A stretch of DNA of 64,000 bases from Eledone cirrhosa (GCA_964016885.1 OZ024744.1:135966001-136030000), one strand, 5' to 3'. Counted from the stretch's first letter, positions 25,176-37,074 are shown. Notes: a model not told the origin generated them from the sequence alone. A program made the numbers and translations.

Positions 25176-26040
25176 CGAGGTGTGTCAGAAAAGTTCCAGG
25201 ACTGATGTCACAAAAGATTTATTTCAAACCCAAACTTCACACTAAGAGTTTTCTCCTTGAAAGTAATCTCCCTGGAGTATGTAACTGTAATCTTAGCTCT
25301 CTGCAGCGATCAAACTTTTTTCTTCATAAGTTTATATACATGTCCTCTGTTTCAGGTTGTCAAGCAATGAGCACAGAGCAACAAACAAACTTGAAAACTC
25401 CGTCAGAAGCACTGGGATTGCTGCAGCAAGTGTATGGAGATGAGACGATGTCACGCTCACGTGTTTTTGAGTGGTGCAAGATGACCCCAGGAGCAGAAGG
25501 CCCTCAACAACCAGGACTGAGATCAACGTTGAGCGCGTCAGGCAGATGGTGTGTAGCGATCGTCGGCTGACTGTTCAAAAGATGGCAAATGAGCTGGGCA
25601 TGAATCAGGACAGTGTCTGGAAGATTCTCACTGAAGATTTGGACATGCGGAAAGTCTGCGCAAAGATGGTGCCAAAACTGCTGAATGATGACCAAAAGGG
25701 TCGACGCATGCAAGTGTGCCAGGACATCCTCGAGCGTCTTGAAACCGAACCAGACTTGCTAGGGACAGTCATCACCAGTGATGAGTCATGGATCTTCGAG
25801 TAGAACCCGGAGGGGACCCATTTTGAAGACGTGGACGACATCAAAAAGGCCGTGACGACGGAACTGCGGAGGATCCCGGAAGAATCCTTCCAGGAGTGCA
25901 TTCAAGCGTGGCAGAAAAGGATGGAAAAGTGCATTAGACTCCAGGGGGATTACTTTGAAGAAGAAAACTCATAGTGTGAAGTTTGGGTTTGAAATAAATC
26001 TTCTGTGACATCAGTCCTGGAACTTTTCTGACACACCCCG
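25176..26040 (+). mobile_element. Internally deleted mariner (Tc1/mariner) transposon
   Basis: About 68-bp TIRs, TA on the right flank; transposase remnants MSRSRVFEW, DDPRSRRP, KVCAKMVPKLL, ITSDESW. Confidence 0.92.
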
Positions 26041-26064
26041 TATATTGTGAAGCAAGCAACTCAC

Positions 26065-26156
26065 CTTATTTCAAATTCATAATCTGGAATGTCTGCTAAG
26101 TACTGTTCCACAGGTAAAATCTGTGAAGGTGCAATTCCTGTGAGTTGATTCCCCAT
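26065..26156 (-). CDS. PIK3R4: PIK3R4/VPS15 first coding exon
   Basis: [30 protein letters not shown], the conserved myristoylated N-terminus; GTGAG donor; a probable acceptor at 26242-26244 implies an upstream non-coding exon. Confidence 0.96.
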
Positions 26157-26511
26157 GACAGGTTAAAAAATATCTCTATCAAAAGAAATGTTATTTATGT
26201 TATTACATTGAAATGAAAGGAGAGCATCTTAAAAATAAATTCTGTAAAAAGATAAAATAGAAAATAAATAAAAAGTTTCAATTGCAAAGTTAAATTTCTC
26301 ATTACCATACTTTTAATGAAAGATATTGAATATAATTTTCAAATAATTTTGAAAAATATTTGAAAGGATTTAGTAATATAACTAATTTTCTCATTATTAA
26401 GTTGGTGTTTATAAGGTGCTCAATACTTGGTTACAGCACATATACTGTAAGAGATCACTTGCACACTATGAGTATATGCCTCAACAATGAATACTCTCCA
26501 AACTAATGTCG

Positions 26512-26701
26512 CTTCAACCAGACCATAGATAGAAACCCACCATACACCCCTCTTATGTTACTGCAACCAGACCATAGATAGAAACACACCATACACCCCT
26601 CTTATGTTACTTCAACCAGGCCATAGATAGAAACCCACCATACACCCCTCTTATGTTACTTCAACCAGACCATAGATAGAAACCCACCATAAACCCCTCT
26701 T
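26512..26701. repeat. 49-bp tandem repeat, about 4 copies
   Basis: Unit cttcaaccagaccatagatagaaacccaccatacacccctcttatgtta. Confidence 0.9.
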
Positions 26702-27087
26702 GGAGGAAATTACAGCCTGTTTCACTTCCATTTTCCAAAGCATGTTCAACAGCTTTTGTAGCTCAACTGTCTCTTATGTTACTCATGCACATTGGATTGC
26801 CCTGCTATACCAGTGATAAGAATCAGCAGGTCTGCAGAGAAGAAACCCCACTTCAAGCAAATGTTTTGGCCCTTAACTTCTATATATATATATATATTAG
26901 CGTGGAAGATAGACGTTAAACGACGATGATGATATATAGTTATAGACAGCAGGTCTTCAGAGAAGAAACCCCCTAAGCAAGTGTTTCAGCCCTTTACTTA
27001 TATATATATATATATATATATATAGTTATACTTGGGGAGGGTCATATTTGTGTGATATTGCCAGAATTAATAACAGAACGCACTCAC

Positions 27088-27172
27088 TGTTTGGTTGGTT
27101 TTCGCTTTTCGCTTCTGTGTCTTTTATATCGGTAATCTAATTTATTCGGTCCTCAATGTTGCCATTGACTGA
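27088..27172 (-). promoter_or_regulatory. Candidate TSS and non-coding first exon of PIK3R4
   Basis: Unique sequence with Inr-like TCAGTC (27172-27167) and a strong donor ACA|GTGAGTG at 27087; inference only. Confidence 0.35.
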
Positions 27173-27292
27173 CCAACGGTCAAAAATAATACAGATACAA
27201 TATAGACACAAACACATATATATAGTTTATCAAAGTTCTTTCGTATAACAATATTTGTTTCGACACACGATTTCATATCAAAAACCTTGCAA

Positions 27293-27327
<35 letters not shown>

Positions 27328-27483
27328 TTTATCCGGGTTCAATCGAATAAACTTATATATATATAGTTTTGCAAGGTAAAGTACTCAACACAGTAAAGTA
27401 CTCAACACAAAGCAGAGTATAAATATTCAATATAGAAAAGGCTTCTACAGGAGTTGAACTGTTTCATTTGGTAGAAATCATCA

Positions 27484-27534
27484 GGCTTCCTGATGATTTC
27501 TACCGAATGAAACAGTCCTAGTCTTGTAGAACCC
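27484..27534 (+). ncRNA. Type I hammerhead ribozyme motif (family 1), with an inverted partner at 27440-27490
   Basis: GGCTTC-CTGATGA-TTTC TACC GAAT-GAA-ACAG TCCTAGTC TTGT-A-GAACCC: core boxes, three stems, GUA cleavage triplet. Confidence 0.65.
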
Positions 27535-28058
27535 TTTTCTAAATTAAATATATATATATATATGTGTGTGTGAGAGAGGAAACTCTCAGAAGAGCTGGAC
27601 AGCAGGTCTTCAGAAAAACACCCCACCACAGGTTTATATATATATATATGTATGTATGGTGGCAAGAAATTCTATTAGATGCATATACCTTCCTTCTTTT
27701 CAATAAGATGAATTTCTTCGTTCACAGTATCTTTTCTCCTTCTCTGTCTTTCTTAATCACCCCCTTTTATTTCTATGATTGTTTCTTCCAACTTAGCTTT
27801 TCTCATTTTCATTTCCTTCCTGTCAACAATGGAATGCTCAAAATCCTGCAGCAACAGGATTTTACTACTTAAAATTTTCTCCAGCAGCAACAATGTTAAA
27901 TGCAGTTGGAGTTTTGCATTAGCATTATATGACCTAATTCCTAGAAAGTCTGACAGGAGAACAAAACATTCAAGTATTACCACATTTCCTCTTACTACTA
28001 TAGTAACAATGTGCTTAGAACTCAATGCAAGGAAGCTGTTAAAACAGCAAGAGTTTTA

Positions 28059-28319
28059 ACATCTGACTGATAAAATAACAAGTCAGTCAATCATATTGGT
28101 GACTTCCCCACAGCTCCGGCGGACAGAAGGTACCTCCCGACTCACCACCATAGGCGCTGAGCTGGCCAGCCGCAAGTGTGAGCCTCGCGAGCTGGAAATC
28201 GCTTTTCCAGCGTGTCTCCCTTGCCGTCCTCCAGGGAAATGCCTTTCTATTCTGTCTGCTGGGGCTATGGGAAGGCCACCAATATGATTGACTGACTTGT
28301 CATTATATTAGTCAGATGT
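28059..28319. mobile_element. MITE with long terminal inverted repeats
   Basis: acatctgactgataaaataacaagtcagtcaatcatattggtg ... ccaccaatatgattgactgacttgtcattatattagtcagatgt; followed by an RTE 3' fragment at about 28317-28490. Confidence 0.75.
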
Positions 28320-28720
28320 GGTTAGAATATCTCAAGAAAGAATCTCTGGACAGATTTTACAGGCCAAACCAACCAGCAGGAGACCCAAGGGTAGACCCTC
28401 AGCAAGATGGTTGGATAACATCCATGAGCTTGACTGGTCTCGCTTGGGGATCCAGCCAGATCAGTTGGAGATGGTTACTGCTGACAGAGTGATGGTGGTA
28501 GTGATGATGGTGGTGATAGTGATGGTGGTGGTGCTGGTGATAGTGATGTTGATCACTATATTTCTAACAAAATACACTGTCTATGATTTTCAAATAAGTT
28601 TGAAAATAATTCAGAATTTAAAGGGTAATATAACTTTTTCATTAAGTTAGTATTTGGAATATAACTTAAAGGTTCTTACATAAAATTATGACAGAAGGTT
28701 TTTAGATAAATATAAACACT

Positions 28721-28883
28721 TTAACCCTTTCATTACCATATTTCTAATGAAAGACACTGCTTATGTCATTAACCCTTTCATTACCATATTACTAATGAAA
28801 GACACTGTCTATGTCATTAACCCTTTCATTACCATATTTCTAATGAAAGACACTGTCTAAGTCATTAACCCTTTCATTACCAT
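28721..28883. repeat. 48-bp tandem repeat of a TTAA-CCCTTT MITE terminus
   Basis: Unit ttaaccctttcattaccatatttctaatgaaagacactgtctatgtca matches the right end of the MITE at 16402-16605. Confidence 0.8.
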
Positions 28884-28987
28884 CTAAACTATAATAAAGT
28901 AAGAAGCGCGGGACTGTGTAACAATTATTAATACTTGAAATAAAACCCTTTTTTTATAGCCGACCATGTTACTCTTCAATCTTTCAC

Positions 28988-29031
<44 letters not shown>

Positions 29032-29571
29032 AGGGAGTGTAATGTGTTATATTTGGGGATGGTCAGTTTATTGGTGTATAATGTTTATTATTGGATCGCC
29101 AGTTTCAGCACTCAATGCCAATGTTGGTACACTTGCCGTCCTTAAGAAGCAGAGTGTTATCAATAATAATGGTTTCAGGTTTTGGCATAGGGCCAACAAT
29201 TTTGGGGGAGGGGAAAGTTCATTAAATTGAATATAGCTTTTACTGGTACTTTATTTTATCGACTCCGTAAGGATGAAAGGCAAAACTAACAATATGTGTG
29301 TGCAAAAAGAAAGCAAAAATAAGAGTAAACAACACAGTACAAGAAAAATATTAGTTTTATATGTATATGGGGGGAGGGGGTCCAGACCAGTGGAAGTTGA
29401 GAGTATTTACATGAACAGTGTCACTTATACGTTCACTAACACTGGCTTCATAGACGTCAACACAAATCTCACTCAGTAATTATTTACAGTACAGTTTTAA
29501 CGAAGGGTATAAGCAAGAAATGGTGAGATGGATTAACATGATAGTTAGATGTGATTATAACGGTTGTTAGA

Positions 29572-30114
29572 TGTAATAACAAGTATAATAAGAATAATTG
29601 ATTTGGTTTATATATGGTTTACTTCATGTGAATCAATTGAAAAGTACAATAAAACAGTTACCAAAAGTTGAGAAGGTTGACATTGTCATCGTGAGTCTGA
29701 GACTATAGTGAGTGAGAGTAATGGTTTGTATACCTCTGAATGGTCTGTAGTAGTAGGTTGACGTTGTAGTCGTTAATCTAATATCTCTGTATTTCTGTAG
29801 ACCACTGGGGTCTGTTGATAGCGGTGAATCTTTACATCGCTTGTTGTAATTCGTAGTGCTCCGATGTCTCTGTGTTTCTGTAGACCTCAAGGGCCTGAAG
29901 GTAGCGGTGAATCTTTACATAGTTAGTTGTAGGCGTAATGCTCCGATCTTTCTGTTCAAGGTGGGAAAATATAGGCTTTATATACCTGTCACTTCCTGTC
30001 TCTCACCTTTAGAGAATAGCCAACACATCAACCTGTTCACACCAAAAGGGTGGTGACCTAGAATTTGACCTTTAGGTGTCACCCAAGGTTCAAGGCGTGG
30101 ACAGATCTCGCTAC
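29572..30114 (-). mobile_element. Possible solo LTR remnant
   Basis: TGTAGCG...TTACA termini like the LTRs at 51586 and 53337, plus a TATA-like box; no TSD found. Confidence 0.3.
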
Positions 30115-30170
30115 ACAGTCATGTAAAGGAGTTAGAGGTGTCATCTTTACATCCACGAAACCACTGGTAC

Positions 30171-32390
30171 CATCATCATCATCATCATTTTACATCCGCT
30201 TTTCCCTGCTTGTAAGGGTGGGACGGGTCTTATTCAGCACAGCATCTCTCTATTTGTCACAGTCCCTCGTCATCTCCACCGTGAGCTTCAATGATCTGAG
30301 GTCTGTTCTCACCACCTCCGCCCATGTTTTTCGTGGTCTACCTCTACCACGTCTTCCTTCAACTGGCATTTCCTGGCACTTCTTCACCCATCGGTCATCC
30401 TCCATGCACATCACATGTCCATACCACCTCAGTCTCCTCTCCCGTACATTACATTCTATCCCTCTCAGACACAGTTTCTCTCTCAAGACATTTTTGCTGG
30501 GTCGTTCACGCACATTTACACTGCACATCCAATGGAGCATGCTTGCCTCATTTCTCTCCAGCCGTCGCATATCTTCTGCGGTTGCTGCCCATGTCTCACT
30601 ACCATGCAGCATCGCGCTCCTCACACAGGCATCATACAACCGGCCTTTCGTATGCAAGAGGAAGCAGCTCCCTAAACTTCTTCCAACCTGGGATTTGTCC
30701 TCTTTTCTACTCATCAACACTTTTGTCTTCGCTAGGTTCACTCTCAGTCCTCTTGCTTCCAACTGCTGTTTCCATAGCCAGAATTCATTCTCTAGCTCTT
30801 CTACTGATTCTGCTATAAAAACCAGAGCGTCAGCATAGAGAAGTTCCCATGGACAGCCAGTCTTAAACTCCTCTGTTATGGTTTGGAGAACTATAATGAA
30901 CAAGAGGGGGCTGAGGACCGAACTCTGATGTACACCTACTTGTATCTGAAATTCCTCACTAAACTCCATACCTACTCTCACTTTACTGATAGCACCCCTG
31001 TACATAGCTTGCACTGCTCTCACAAGCCATTCCTCTACACCTAGTTTCCTTGGGGACCACCAGATGACAGATCGAGGTACCCTATCAAAGGCCTTCTCTA
31101 GGTCAACAAAGGCTAAGTATAGTGGCTTATTCTTCTCTAAGAACCTCTCTTGTAATTGTCTCACCAAGAAGAGGGCATCTGTTGTACTTTTCCCAGGCAC
31201 AAAACCAAACTGCATCTCATCTAGTTTGACCCTTTCTCTAATTAGTTGTGCTAATATCCTTTCTGCCACTTTCATAACCTGATCCATCAGTTTTATGCCC
31301 CTATAATTGCTCCTCTCCAGAGCATCCCCTTTACCTTTGTAGCAATTTATGACAATACTGCTGCAACAGTCTTTGGGTACGACACCCCCATATATAGCCT
31401 GATTTATGATGTGTGCAACCAGTTTAGTGCCTACGTCTCCTGATGCCTTCAGCATCTATTCCCTTACCATTTTTCATTTCTTTAATCGCCTCTTGGACCC
31501 TATATTCATCAATCTCAATAGCTGGTCCCTCTGTCATTTCTCTCTCTCCCATTCGTTCTCCACATTCATCAGTCTCTCATAATGACATTTCCAGGCCTCC
31601 TTTTTCTGATCATTCGTGACACTAAGTCACCGGCATCATCCCGGACACATTTATCTCCAACAACATCCTGATTTGCATTGACACACTGCCTTGCAATGTG
31701 GAACACCGCACGCCTCTGATCTTCCCGTCGCAGAACATTGGCAAACCTCCTACTCTCAGCCTCCCTGCGTGCTAAGTACATCTGACGTCTAGCTTCTCTC
31801 TTAGCGGCTGTATATCCTTCCCTACTCCCACCCTTTTTCCAAGCCTTTCATGCTAGTCTTTTGTTTCTAATGGCCTTATCTACTGTGCTGTTACACCACC
31901 AGGTCACTCTCTGTCTGGTTGGAGCTCTGCTCCAGCCACAAGTTTCATTAGTAGCCTGCAGTAAGTTGTCACGTAAGAAATTCCAGTTATTATCTATGTC
32001 ATACGACTCTAAATCATCATCTTTTTCGTCATACACATCTTGAAGGGCTTTCCTAAATTTGTATTTCAGTGAAAGGTCTTTTAGCTTCCAGACCTTTCTT
32101 CTCCACACCTTCCTGTATGTCTCATTCCATCTCTTGCTTACTGAGATATCACTAACAATTAACCTATGCTGTGGGGTACATTATTCCTCAGGGTATGCCT
32201 TGGTATTTGAAACCATCTGCCTGTCCTGCTGCCTAACTAGTAAGAAGTCAATCTGGCTTATGTGCTTGCCTGATTTGTAGGTTATTAGGTGGTTGGCAGG
32301 TTTCTGGAAGTTAGTGTTGCAAATAGTCAGTGTACTCGCATCACAAAATTCAAGAAGTCTCACTCCTTCATTTCTTGAGCCGTAATACAT
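30171..32390 (-). mobile_element. RTE LINE, 5'-truncated and degenerate
   Basis: End of the APE domain (SQIDFLLVR), RT (NYRGIKL, FVDLEKAFDRVP, ELLYAD); internal deletion near 30690; GAT tail. Confidence 0.92.
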
Positions 32391-32479
32391 AAATAATGAA
32401 AACTGCTAATATACATAGTGAGTGTGTATATATGTATATGTATACATATATATATGTATACATGTATGTATATGTATAC

Positions 32480-34612
32480 TGATAAGAAGATAGCTTGGAA
32501 GTGTCACTACGAGAGACTACTAAATGAGGAGAATAAATGGGAAAAAGATAGTCTGCCCCAAATCGATCCAATTGAGGGACCAGCAGTGCAAGTTAAAGGT
32601 AGTATAATAAGTAAGGCAATCAAAGATATGAAGACAGGCAATGCAGCTGAGCCTTCGGAGATAGTTGCTGAGATGTTGAAGGCATCTGGAATGGTGGGAC
32701 ACGCTATGGTCACCTGGATACTAAAAGACTGGCGTAGCAGCATCATCATTAACTGCTTCAAGGGTAAAGGGGATACTTTAGATAGGGGAAACTATAGAGG
32801 TATTAAATTAGTTGACCAGGTTATGAAGGCCACAGAAAAAGGTATAGCGCAACTAATCAGAGAGCGAATTGATCTAGATGAAATGCAGTTTGGGTTCGTG
32901 CCAGGGAAAAGTACCACAGACGCTCTTTTCCTTGTACAACAACTACAGGAGAAGTACCTAGCTAAAAGTAAACCCCTCTACTTAGCTTTTGTAGACCTGG
33001 AGAAAGCCTTTGACAGAGTCCCTCGCTCCATTATCTGGTGGGCTCTTAGAAAACTAGGTGTTGATGAATGGCTTGTGAGAGCTATACAAGCCATGTATAA
33101 AGAAACAGTCAGTAAGGTTAGAATTAACAATGAATATTGTGAAGAATTTAGTGTAAAAGTAGGTGTTCATCAAGGCTCTGTCCTTAGCCCCCTCCTATTT
33201 ATTATTGCCCTTCAGGCTATAACAGAGGAGTTCAAGACCGGCTGCCCATGGGAACTCCTATACGCAGATGATCTAACTCTCATAGCTGAATCTATGGCTG
33301 AACTAGAGAAGAAATTCCAAACATGGATAATGGCCTAGAATCAAAAGGCCTTAAAGTTAACTTGTCTAAGACTAAAGTTCTAGTTTGTAGAAAGGAAAAT
33401 AGGGCACAGGTGCCCTCAGGGAAATGGCCATGCTCAGTGTGTAGGAAAGGAGTAGGCAGAAATTCCATTTTATGTCCCAAATGCAAACTATGGGTACATA
33501 AAAGATGGAGTGGGGTCACAGGTAAACTAACTAAGAACGTAGATTTTATATGTGGCCGTTGTTCTGGTGCAATAAGTATCAGCAAGTGCCCACAGGTTAT
33601 TAGCTCCTTCTATTGCCCAGATGATTCTATAGAAATAGTGGACACTTTCCGTTACCTGGGTGACAAAATCAGCAGTGGTGGAGGGTGCTTTGAAAGTACA
33701 GTAGCTAGAGTCAGAACGGGATTGAAAAAGTTCAAAGAGCTTATACCACTATTAGCCACAAAAGGTTTCTCTCTAAAAATGAAAGGCAGACTGTATGATG
33801 CCTGTATACGAACAGCTATGTTACATGGCAGTGAGACATGGGCATTGTGTGCAGAGGATGTGCGCAGACTGGAGAGGAACGAAGCCTGCATGCTCCGTTG
33901 GATGTGTAATAGTAATATACATGAACGGCAAAGCATAAATGAACTAAGTGAGAAATTAGGAATAAGAGGGATCAGATGCTGTTTAGTCGAGAGAAGACTA
34001 CGTTGGTATGGTCACGTTATGTGCATGAAAGACGACAGCTGTATAAAAAAGTGCAGGGAAGCTACGGAGTAGGTAGACCCAGAAAAACCTGGGACAATTT
34101 GATAAATTCCGACCTTACACACTTGCACCTCTCTCTAAGACAATGTCACTGGACCAAGATCTTTGGCGCTACGCAGTAATACAGAAGACCCGCCTTGCCT
34201 ATGTACAAAGCGAAACCTACAGTCAGTAGGCACCTCTTGACCAAATTTACGCCACAATCCACTACCCCTACCTCCCACTCCCACCAACACCACCCTCTCT
34301 CTGTAAAATTGGTACCACAACATCCAGTCCAAATAAATGAGATAATGAGATCGAGATGGAGATCATGTCGGTGTCACGACAAAAAAACACACAGTCCACG
34401 CTGTAATGTGGCCGTGTAGGTAACACGGTAAAAGGTTCCCAGTTCCACACTGTAAATGTGGTTGGTGTTAGGAAGGGCATCCAGCCATAGAAAACCTGCC
34501 AGATAGTCCTATATGAGCGAGACACGGTCACCCGACCAACCTTGCCTCAAGTGGGACAACTCCCGTCTAACAAATGCTAGCGTGGAAGATGGACATTAAA
34601 CGATGATGATGA
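32480..34612 (+). mobile_element. RTE LINE, 5'-truncated, with PHD-like finger and complete 3'UTR
   Basis: ORFs 32418-33338 and 33323-34072 (YADDL; CSVC...CPKC...H...CGRC); (GAT)n tail. Confidence 0.92.
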
Positions 34613-34855
34613 TATATTTACATATATATATATATATACATTTGTATAAACACACCTCTTTGTATACATTTATATATATATATATATACAGAACAGTAAA
34701 TATTAGTGAAGGCCACATATAGATGTTTGAACATGGGTTGGTAAATAATTATTTGTTTGTTTTTAATGATTGTGAAGAATTCAGTACAAAAAATAAAATG
34801 GTACTTCCTTCTGTGTTTGAAAGAAGGGTAAATATAATTAAATAATGTATCAAAT

Positions 34856-34889
<34 letters not shown>

Positions 34890-34991
34890 AGTTCGGAGTT
34901 CAATTGGAGGTAACCACAATAAGTAAGGTACTCAATACATTTGTAAAGTGTAAGCATCGAGTTTAATATAAAAATCATCAGAAAAGTCCTG

Positions 34992-35043
34992 GGCTTTCCT
35001 GGTGATTTCTTTTGAATGAAACAGTTCTAGTCCTGTAGAAGCC
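34992..35043 (+). ncRNA. Type I hammerhead motif (family 1), core variant CTGGTGA
   Basis: GGCTTTC-CTGGTGA-TTTC TTTT GAAT-GAA-ACAG TTCTAGTC CTGT-A-GAAGCC. Confidence 0.55.
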
Positions 35044-35118
35044 ATTTCTATATTAGACTTTATATATATATGAGTCCCGGGTTCAATAGGGGGTAACCAC
35101 AGTAATTCAGTAGAAGCC

Positions 35119-35149
<31 letters not shown>

Positions 35150-35567
35150 CAGCTCCAACGACAACAATGGTTATTGTATAATAATATAACTAATTGATAC
35201 TTACTGTAGAATTTGGGGTTGTGTCCAGAGGTCAAGAAACATGGGCGTATCTGAAGACTTTCAAAGAATTAATTACTACATAACATTGAAAGTATATGAG
35301 ATAAAACTAATATCAGCACAACGACTTCCACGAAAATATGAGTCAACAGCGACTCTATTAATGTTATTATTTGTAATGTATACTCACATAGAACGATGTT
35401 ATTATTGTTATTTTTTAAAAAAACCCAGATTATTCACTGATTGAATGAAGACGGTGTAAGGTAGAATAAATACTGGGAAAGAAGAGTTGTAAATTACCTC
35501 CCTTTGCTACTAGTATTTTATATAGGAGGATGGGTGGTCTGAAAAGTTTATAGACTGACCAAGATAT

Positions 35568-35800
35568 TGGTTTCTGATTTAGGTACAATGCCAACAATTT
35601 TGGGGTGAGGGGAAAGTCGACTAAATCGATCCAGTGCATTACTGGTACTTTATTTTATCGACCCCGTAAGGATGAAAGGCAAAGTTCACCTCAAATCACG
35701 CCGAGGTTAACTTTGCCTTTCATCCTTACGGGTTCGATAAAATAAAGTACCAGTAATACACTGAAATAATTGCTGGCCTTGTGCCAGAAGTAAAAACAAA
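35568..35800. mobile_element. Two SINE fragments in inverted orientation
   Basis: Arms about 35633-35692 and 35703-35763 are reverse complements. Confidence 0.85.
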
Positions 35801-35999
35801 ATCTTGGTCAACCTATAGGCTGACCAAGATATTGTGCGATGGAATGGCGATAAGTTCTTGTTTTTGAATATGTCACTGTCTATAAAACAACTTTTGTATT
35901 TTATCTGATGAGAGCGTACCAAAAATGTTGGTACCTTTGTAATATATATAATAGAATAAATATGGTTTTATAAAGATAGTTTCCAGTTGTTAACATTAT

Positions 36000-36054
<55 letters not shown>

Positions 36055-36148
36055 AGAATATTTTCGAAACACATATATATATATATGTACATACATATTA
36101 AAGTTTAAGCAAAGAATCGCTGCTTACACCCTTAACGGGATCTTATAC

Positions 36149-36181
<33 letters not shown>

Positions 36182-36184
<3 letters not shown>

Positions 36185-36437
36185 GGGGAGACAGTTCATA
36201 TGGGTAACACATACCCCCGAAAAAATGTGCAGCCCTCATCTCCAGGAGTACGAAGAGTTTGTACTCCTTTCTCTCCTCCTCCTTTTCCTCAACCTACAGG
36301 CTGATATAGAGAGAAGGCCCATTCACTCGGGCCATTCTCGCCACTTTCACCCACCTTTCATAAAACTTGCTGGGGTACAGTACCTCTCTCTCCATCCTGA
36401 TTCTTCTTCCAAAGTGGTATTTGAAAAAAAGAATCAG
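36182..36437 (-). mobile_element. Tx1 3' fragment between (GATA)n tracts
   Basis: Matches about 42416-42673. Confidence 0.85.
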
Positions 36438-36634
36438 TTAGATAGATAGATAGATAGATAGATAGGCTGTGGTAAAAACCAGCTAGACCATAACACACTA
36501 GAGTACTCGATACTTGGGGTAGTAGAGTAGGTAATATGAAAACGTTCAGGACTCTGACAGCTGAGTTCTGGCCATTTCAACCGGTCGAAACGGCCAGAGC
36601 TCAGCCGTCGCGGTCCTGAATCTTTTGATACATA

Positions 36635-36715
<81 letters not shown>

Positions 36716-36790
36716 TTTGTTTCTCAAAAGAAACAAAATGGCGTAGGACAGAACAAAGGAGAGGCACAAAAACAAAGAAAAGAATCCCCA

Positions 36791-36833
36791 GTCACTGAAG
36801 AGGTCACAGAATGTGTGACGAAAGAACTTTGAC
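36791..36833 (+). ncRNA. Minimal type I hammerhead motif (family 2)
   Basis: GTCA-CTGAAGA-G-GTCACA GAATG TGTGAC-GAA-AG AA CT-T-TGAC. Confidence 0.5.
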
Positions 36834-37032
36834 AATATATAAACAACTATCTGGTTGTGGAACCAACCAACCAGAAATTTATAAATTCCTAAATTTATAA
36901 ATTTATAATAAATTGAAGTGAAAGCAACTGGTGCGTGTGTTTCTTATTGGCAACATGACCCTCCCAAAGTATAACAATATCGGTTTCAACACACGATTTC
37001 AGATAAAGAATCTTGCTAAACAAATTCAGAAA

Positions 37033-37074
<42 letters not shown>

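Noticed and set aside
35265-35300. CTGAAGA motifs here and at about 52637, 26955 (-) and 27605 (-) as extra hammerheads
   Set aside because: No correctly placed GAAA box or complementary stems.
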